Source: an uncultured Gammaproteobacteria bacterium
GTDB lineage: Bacteria; Patescibacteriota; Patescibacteriia; Patescibacteriales; UBA12465
NCBI GenBank assembly: GCA_964567015.1
Contig: CAZMKG010000003.1
Span: 12,825 to 56,029 of the forward strand
Reading direction: 5' to 3'
Length of the DNA stretch: 43,205 nt
The stretch's first letter is position 1; the number at the start of each line of letters is the position of its first letter. The notes below the pieces were generated by a model that had not been told where the DNA came from, did no database searches, and saw only the letters and a program-made list of their open reading frames with translations. This document shows positions 41,708 through 43,205 of this stretch, piece after piece. A program made the translations under genes and the position numbers.

Positions 41708-42949
41708 ATGTATAAATCATTTAAACAAGCTTTAAGGGCATTATCTTCAAACAAAGCGCGGACGATACTGACGACGCTCGGTATTATGATCGGTATCGCG
41801 ACGGTAATTTTAGTTTTATCGGCCGGCGCCGGTTTTCGCCGCTTGATAGACGATCAGGTCGCGTCATATGGAACCAATACTTTATATGTCCAAACTAAAA
41901 TCCCTTCAAACAGCAAGAATGTCGCCGCTAGCCACCAAAATTCGGCTAACTCCGGCGTGACCATAACTTCTTTTAACAAACGCGATTTAGACAGTATTAA
42001 AAGAGTGCCGAATGTCGTTGACGCTTACGGGATGGTCATCGGACAGGCGACCGCCAGCTATCGCAGCAATCAAAAAAGCGTCGCCTATGTCGGCGTTTCG
42101 GCTTCGATGTTCAATATCGATCAAAGCACTTTTAAATCGGGGCGATCGTTTACCGAGGAAGAAGATAACGGCGGCGCGCAAGTTGTTGTTTTAGGCAATA
42201 AAATCGCTTCGGAATTATTCGGTCAAGACGAACCTATCGGAAAATTGCTTCGCATCGGTTCTTTAAATTTCCAGGTCATCGGCGTTTATAACCCTTCAAG
42301 CGGACTGGGAGGCGGCAATGACGATTATTTATTTATTCCGTTAAACACCGCGCAGAAAAAAATGCTGGGCATAAACTATCTCGTGGAAGCGGTTGTGCAA
42401 ATAACCGATATCGATTTAAGCGATATAGTGGCGGCGGACATCGCGTCCGCTATGCGTTATAACCATAACATAACCGATCCGGCGAAAGACGATTTTGAGG
42501 TGATGACTCAGGCGCAGGTTATGGATATTTTTAATACTATTTTTAACAGCATAACAATTTTGCTTATCGCTATCGCCGCGATTTCTTTGATTGTCGGCGG
42601 CGTGGGCATTATGAATGTGATGTATGTCGTCGTGACGGAAAGAACGGCGGAAATCGGTTTAAAAAAAGCGCTTGGCGCCAAAAAACACGACATTTTATCG
42701 GAGTTTTTAATTGAAGCGGTTTTAGTCACTTTACTCGGCGGAGCAATCGGGATTTTATTCGGCGCCCTTTTAACTTGGATATTAAAAGTTGTCGCCGTGG
42801 CTAGCGGTTTGGATTGGACATTTATAATTCCTTTTTACGCCATCGCTATCGGCTTCGGCGTTTCGGCGCTTATCGGCATCGGCTTCGGCGTTTTTCCGGC
42901 TGTCGGCGCGGCAAAACTCGATCCGATCGAGGCTCTAAATCATGAATAA
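41708..42949 (+). CDS. MacB/FtsX-type ABC transporter permease 2 (paralogue of permease 1)
   Basis: Same architecture as permease 1. Shared blocks include MTVAERTREIGLRKAVGA versus VVVTERTAEIGLKKALGA and KLDPINALRYE versus KLDPIEALNHE. Confidence 0.9.
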   Translation: MYKSFKQALRALSSNKARTILTTLGIMIGIATVILVLSAGAGFRRLIDDQVASYGTNTLYVQTKIPSNSKNVAASHQNSANSGVTITSFNKRDLDSIKRVPNVVDAYGMVIGQATASYRSNQKSVAYVGVSASMFNIDQSTFKSGRSFTEEEDNGGAQVVVLGNKIASELFGQDEPIGKLLRIGSLNFQVIGVYNPSSGLGGGNDDYLFIPLNTAQKKMLGINYLVEAVVQITDIDLSDIVAADIASAMRYNHNITDPAKDDFEVMTQAQVMDIFNTIFNSITILLIAIAAISLIVGGVGIMNVMYVVVTERTAEIGLKKALGAKKHDILSEFLIEAVLVTLLGGAIGILFGALLTWILKVVAVASGLDWTFIIPFYAIAIGFGVSALIGIGFGVFPAVGAAKLDPIEALNHE

Positions 42950-42962
42950 ATTATATAAATAT

Positions 42963-43205
42963 ATGGGAGACAACAGACAAAAATTATTAAAAGCCTTAAT
43001 TCAGAATTTTTCCCAGATATTCAGAGACATGCATAAAGAGCAGAAATTTCCTTTCGGCAATCTCGTTTTAACCAGGCAGCAGATGATGATTATGTTTTTT
43101 ATCAATGAGAAAGGAAGAGCGGTTTCCGCCAAAGAAGTGGCTGAGTTTTTGCATGTGACCGCCGGCGCGATTACGCAGTTTGTCGACGGTTTGGTTAAGA
43201 ATAAG
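42963..43205 (+). CDS. MarR-family transcriptional regulator (5' partial, runs off the window)
   Basis: My own translation is MGDNRQKLLKALIQNFSQIFRDMHKEQKFPFGNLVLTRQQMMIMFFINEKGRAVSAKEVAEFLHVTAGAITQFVDGLVKNK. It has a winged-HTH pattern typical of MarR. Confidence 0.65.
   Translation, partial: MGDNRQKLLKALIQNFSQIFRDMHKEQKFPFGNLVLTRQQMMIMFFINEKGRAVSAKEVAEFLHVTAGAITQFVDGLVKNK

Noticed and set aside
1-43205. Possible alternative genetic code (UGA recoding, as in some CPR lineages)
   Set aside because: Genes are full length under the standard code, and TGA is used as a genuine stop. One example is the rfbD stop in the ATGA overlap at 10866-10869. There are no in-frame TGA-split genes.
1-43205. 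CRISPR arrays, transposases, integrases, prophage or classic defence genes (RM, TA, Cas, retron RT)
   Set aside because: I looked for regularly spaced repeats and hallmark motifs on both strands and found none. The only tandem repeats are the 2-copy 19-mer at 8-45, the 2-copy 14-mer at 30933-30960, and the intragenic protein repeat at 26200-26529.

Overview
Gene-dense 43.2-kb chromosomal segment, roughly 40% GC by eye and read in the standard genetic code. All but three confident genes lie on the + strand. The gene content and style suggest a Candidate Phyla Radiation / Patescibacteria (Parcubacteria-like) bacterium: compact housekeeping genes, a half-length TsaB, a DUF4012-type protein, a sigma-region-4/HARE-HTH protein, a membrane pyrophosphatase, and almost no Shine-Dalgarno sequences. 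That taxonomic call is inference.

Gene order, left to right:
- rnhB(-), tRNA-Leu(CAG) and tRNA-Val(CAC), an orphan protein, cysS, dus, and a tsaB-like gene.
- A short dcw block, mraZ-rsmH-ftsL-ftsI-murF, with no murE, ending at a terminator.
- An envelope/glycan block: rfbD, rfbA, GT2, a sigma4-HARE-HTH protein, a 477-aa membrane protein, GT4, an 839-aa DUF4012-type protein, and a 664-aa repeat protein.
- An atypical tgt, a membrane metallophosphoesterase, rlmN, a YgjP-like metallopeptidase, Fe/Mn SOD, a histidine phosphatase, and a secreted transglutaminase-like protein.
- A CpG-poor orphan membrane gene on the - strand.
- rpsB-tsf, a PSP1/RicT-like gene, a K+-dependent-type membrane pyrophosphatase, and a YtxH-like protein.
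- A small-ORF transcription unit on the - strand that falls below the ORF-track cutoff.
- A GNA1-type acetyltransferase, a SIMPL protein, greA(-), and a PIN-PhoH ATPase.
- A HlyD/MacB-type exporter with two tandem permeases, followed by a partial marR-like gene.

I saw no CRISPR array, transposase, integrase, rRNA or recognisable defence gene.

The best candidates for something undescribed are:
- the envelope block at 10.0-20.9 kb, which holds three large function-unknown anchored proteins plus a sigma4-HARE-HTH protein;
- the compositionally foreign membrane gene at 27.7-28.2 kb;
- the promoter-to-terminator small-ORF unit at 33.73-34.06 kb.

All family calls come from motif recognition by eye. 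No database search or structure prediction was run.
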